Assembly (NCBI GenBank): GCA_000004985.1
Contig: GG739368.1
Direction: 5' to 3' (one strand)
Origin: Naegleria gruberi
Lineage: Eukaryota
Length of the DNA: 1,617 nucleotides
Below the pieces are notes generated by a model. It saw only the letters and a program-made list of their open reading frames with translations. It was not told where the DNA came from and searched no databases. The position numbers and the translations under genes were made by a program. This document shows, piece after piece, positions 1-1,617 of this stretch (positions within the stretch are counted from its first letter, which is position 1; each line of letters opens with the position of its first letter).

Positions 1-1
1 A

Positions 2-703
2 AAATCACTGTTAAAGTCTGAACAAAAGTACCTTACCAAAAGTGAAGAAAGTGCAATGTCAATTATTCATGGAAATGATTCAAACCTTATCGAGAAATCT
101 ATAGAAATTACCAAGTCAACTGAAACCAGATTAGTTGATGCGTCATTAACTTATGATTACTTTCCTAAAGGTGAAAAAGATATTTGGGGAGAACAAGTCG
201 ATTATAGGCCTACAAACTCTTGGAATGAGAAGCTTTCTGATGTATCCGTCACTGAAATTGTAGAATCTCAAATGATTAATACCGTTTCTCCAACCATTCT
301 AGCTTCAGAGTTGTTTGAAATTATGAAACCATCATATGATGACAGCCAAGATTTAGAAGAAAATGACATCCATCATTCAGTTCGTTTTGGGCATAGTTTT
401 ATAATCAATGTCACTTCTCATGAGGGACAATTTGAGACGAGTGGGAAATCTGATAGTCATATTCAAACCAATACTAGTAAGGCAAGTCTAAATATGCTAA
501 CGAGGAGTTGCAGCGAATATTATGCTAGAAATGGAATTTTGGTGAATAGTGTAGATACTGGTTGGGTATCCTCTGCTTTACCTGCATATAGAGCTCCTCC
601 TCTTACTGATCTTGATGCTGCCTTCAGAGTTCTGCACCCTATCCTTTCTGGAAGTTTCAAGTATGGAAAATTATACAAGAATTACAAAGAGGTTGATTGG
701 TAG
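2..703 (+). CDS. SDR-fold (short-chain dehydrogenase/reductase-like) protein, C-terminal portion. Likely 5'-partial, since the frame is open to the window start. The tracked ATG at 56 may be the start only if the gene is unusually short or interrupted by an intron. Stop is TAG 701-703.
   Basis: The 215-aa tracked ORF (56..703) extends with no stop through 18 further codons upstream to base 2. The motif order matches classical SDRs: ...QMINTVSPTILASELFEIMK (helix before the central strand), IINVTSHEG (NxxS-type Ser strand), TSKASLNMLTRSCSEYYARNGILVNSVDTGWV (SK-AxLxxLTRS...GIxVNxVxPGxV-like block). The Gly-rich NAD(P)-binding motif expected near the N-terminus of an SDR is absent from the visible part, which is consistent with truncation by the window edge. 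Codon usage is AT-rich and eukaryote-like (frequent AGA Arg, AAA/AAG Lys). Confidence 0.6.
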   Translation, partial: KSLLKSEQKYLTKSEESAMSIIHGNDSNLIEKSIEITKSTETRLVDASLTYDYFPKGEKDIWGEQVDYRPTNSWNEKLSDVSVTEIVESQMINTVSPTILASELFEIMKPSYDDSQDLEENDIHHSVRFGHSFIINVTSHEGQFETSGKSDSHIQTNTSKASLNMLTRSCSEYYARNGILVNSVDTGWVSSALPAYRAPPLTDLDAAFRVLHPILSGSFKYGKLYKNYKEVDW

Positions 704-892
704 AAAATTTCTTTTAAAACGTGATGCAATAATTTCGTACCATGGACAGCACCTAATGTGTTCCGATCGTAATCAATCACTAACATTGTTAAACCAGAGA
801 ATTCACCCAACAATTTCCATTCAAATTCAACATTCAAAAATCCTTCAAAGCTTGAATAAGCTCCAAAACTAACCAAGGTTGGTGAATGCGGC

Positions 893-898
893 AATAAA
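893..898 (+). terminator. Candidate polyadenylation hexamer (AATAAA) about 190 nt downstream of the SDR-like gene stop. A weaker AATAAG variant lies at 855-860.
   Basis: gcAATAAAttg on the + strand within the AT-rich convergent spacer. The position is plausible for a 3' UTR end but unverified. Confidence 0.18.
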
Positions 899-1111
899 TT
901 GTCTTTATCCATAAATGCTATCTTTGATCCAATCCTTTCCAATCCATAATGTACACGATCGAGAGTTCCGAATAATCGCTCATCATTTTCTTTTTTGTTG
1001 AAAATCTAATAAGCTACTTACTTTTTATGGTATTTTCACATATTGGATCCTTGTACATGTTCCTTATCTCCTATTAAGGCGTCAGTCATTAATGAAGCAT
1101 TTCTTGTGATA

Positions 1112-1117
1112 TTTATT
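1112..1117 (-). terminator. Putative polyadenylation signal (AATAAA) for the actin-family gene, 3-8 nt downstream of its TGA stop.
   Basis: Minus-strand sequence after the stop reads TGA ATC G AATAAA TATCAC... . This is a canonical eukaryotic AATAAA hexamer, followed by an A/T-rich tract. Confidence 0.3.
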
Positions 1118-1121
1118 CGAT

Positions 1122-1617
1122 TCACTTTCTATGAACGATATTTGGTCCAGTTTCATCATACTCCTCTTTCCTGATGCACATTTTATTATAAGTTGACAAT
1201 GAAGCAAAAATACTACCACCAACCCAAGCCTGGTACTTTCGATCGGGTAATGCTATTATTCGATTCTTCATTGAGGGAGATATTTCTTGAAGTTCATTGC
1301 TCAATCTTTCAGCAATTCCATTAAATAATGTCGATCCTCCCGAAAGCACAATGTTTGAATACATTTCCTTTCTAATATCAACATCACACTTTCTAATGGA
1401 GGTAGCAATATGCTCGTGAATTCCACCAACCTCCATTCCAATAAGATTTGGGTGAAAGAATACTTCTGTTGTTCTGAATTTTTCAGAACCAATCGTTATT
1501 ATATTTCCATCTGGTAACTCATATTCTGTTTCCAATAAAGAACCTTTCTTACTTTCTTCCTCAAAATTAGTTGTTACATAACAAAGTTTTTCTTTCATTT
1601 CTTTTACACTTGCAATT
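1122..1617 (-). CDS. Actin-family protein, C-terminal half (divergent actin or Arp1/centractin-like actin-related protein). 5'-partial, with the frame open to the window end. Stop is TGA at 1122-1124.
   Basis: The translation aligns colinearly with the actin C-terminus: MKEKLCYV (actin IKEKLCYV), [17 protein letters not shown] (YELPDGQVITIGNERFR), GMEVGGIHE (GMESCGIHE), [21 protein letters not shown] ([21 protein letters not shown]), [20 protein letters not shown] ([20 protein letters not shown]), [15 protein letters not shown] (KQEYDESGPSIVHRKCF). The segment [19 protein letters not shown] resembles what I recall of centractin/Arp1, though I cannot check that sequence here. Identity to conventional actin is roughly 60% by eye. 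That is too low for a canonical actin in most lineages, so it is an Arp or the actin of a deep-branching eukaryote. Six more in-frame sense codons (IASVKE) run from 1599 to the window edge at 1616. Confidence 0.88.
   Translation of the reverse strand, partial: IASVKEMKEKLCYVTTNFEEESKKGSLLETEYELPDGNIITIGSEKFRTTEVFFHPNLIGMEVGGIHEHIATSIRKCDVDIRKEMYSNIVLSGGSTLFNGIAERLSNELQEISPSMKNRIIALPDRKYQAWVGGSIFASLSTYNKMCIRKEEYDETGPNIVHRK

Noticed and set aside
755-775. GTTCCGATC resembling a tRNA T-loop (GTTCRANYC)
   Set aside because: Position 5 does not fit the consensus. No complementary acceptor or T stems could be formed with the flanking sequence, and no D-loop or anticodon arm is apparent. It is not a tRNA.
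612-872. 86-aa + strand ORF (MMLPSEFCTLSF...) from the ORF track
   Set aside because: It overlaps the last ~90 nt of the SDR-like CDS in a different frame and then runs into the 3' spacer. It has no recognisable motifs. It is typical of a chance ORF in AT-poor stretches.
927-949. Short direct repeat CCAATCC...CCAATCC and the TTCAA reiterations at 815-848
   Set aside because: Each has only 2-4 copies of a 5-7 nt unit with irregular spacing. This is consistent with the low-complexity composition of an AT-rich 3' UTR and not with a structured repeat or binding-site array.
976-990. Minus-strand AUGAUGA (C-box-like) motif, and a GTGATGC motif at 721-727, considered as box C/D snoRNA signatures
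   Set aside because: No appropriately spaced CTGA D box on the same strand, no terminal stem, and no guide-like region. The motifs are short enough to occur by chance.
1095-1124. Possible tiny intron supplying the missing actin C-terminal Cys-Phe (out-of-frame TGC TTC downstream of the stop)
   Set aside because: No GT donor is positioned so that splicing to any nearby AG acceptor would yield ...K-C-F-stop in frame. The constructs I tried give nonsense continuations. An indel or genuine truncation is more parsimonious.
1471-1489. Perfect 7-bp inverted repeat GTTCTGA-ATTTT-TCAGAAC (possible hairpin)
   Set aside because: It falls inside the actin-family CDS, where it encodes S-E-K-F-R (TCTGAAAAATTCAGA on the coding strand). 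The palindrome is a by-product of codon choice, and the stem is too short and AT-rich to argue for a functional element.
1301-1492. 63-aa minus-strand ORF ([11 protein letters not shown]...) nested inside the actin-family CDS
   Set aside because: It lies entirely within the well-supported actin-family reading frame on the same strand but in an alternative frame. An overlapping gene is implausible in a eukaryote and the sequence is not conserved-looking.

Overview
AT-rich window (about one-third GC) that looks eukaryotic and reads in the standard genetic code. It holds two convergently oriented protein-coding genes separated by an AT-rich 3' spacer of about 420 bp (704-1121). (1) + strand: a protein resembling the C-terminal two-thirds of a short-chain dehydrogenase/reductase (SDR) fold. 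The frame is open to the window start, so the gene is probably 5'-partial and the tracked ATG at 56 is likely internal. It ends at TAG 701-703. No Tyr lies anywhere near the conserved Ser/Lys positions, so it may be a divergent or non-catalytic SDR-like protein. (2) - strand: the C-terminal ~164 codons of an actin-family protein, a divergent actin or an Arp1/centractin-like actin-related protein. Its frame is open to the window end (5'-partial) and it stops at TGA 1122-1124, directly after ...IVHRK. The canonical terminal Cys-Phe of actins is therefore missing. An AATAAA hexamer sits 3-8 nt past that stop on the same strand. I cannot support any RNA gene, mobile element, CRISPR array, or prokaryotic operon or defence-island architecture. 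The other tracked ORFs (612..872 +, 682..942 -, 1301..1492 -) are off-frame overlaps or 3'-UTR ORFs and look spurious. I find no evidence of a novel multi-gene system. This appears to be an ordinary eukaryotic housekeeping locus with two modestly unusual protein features.
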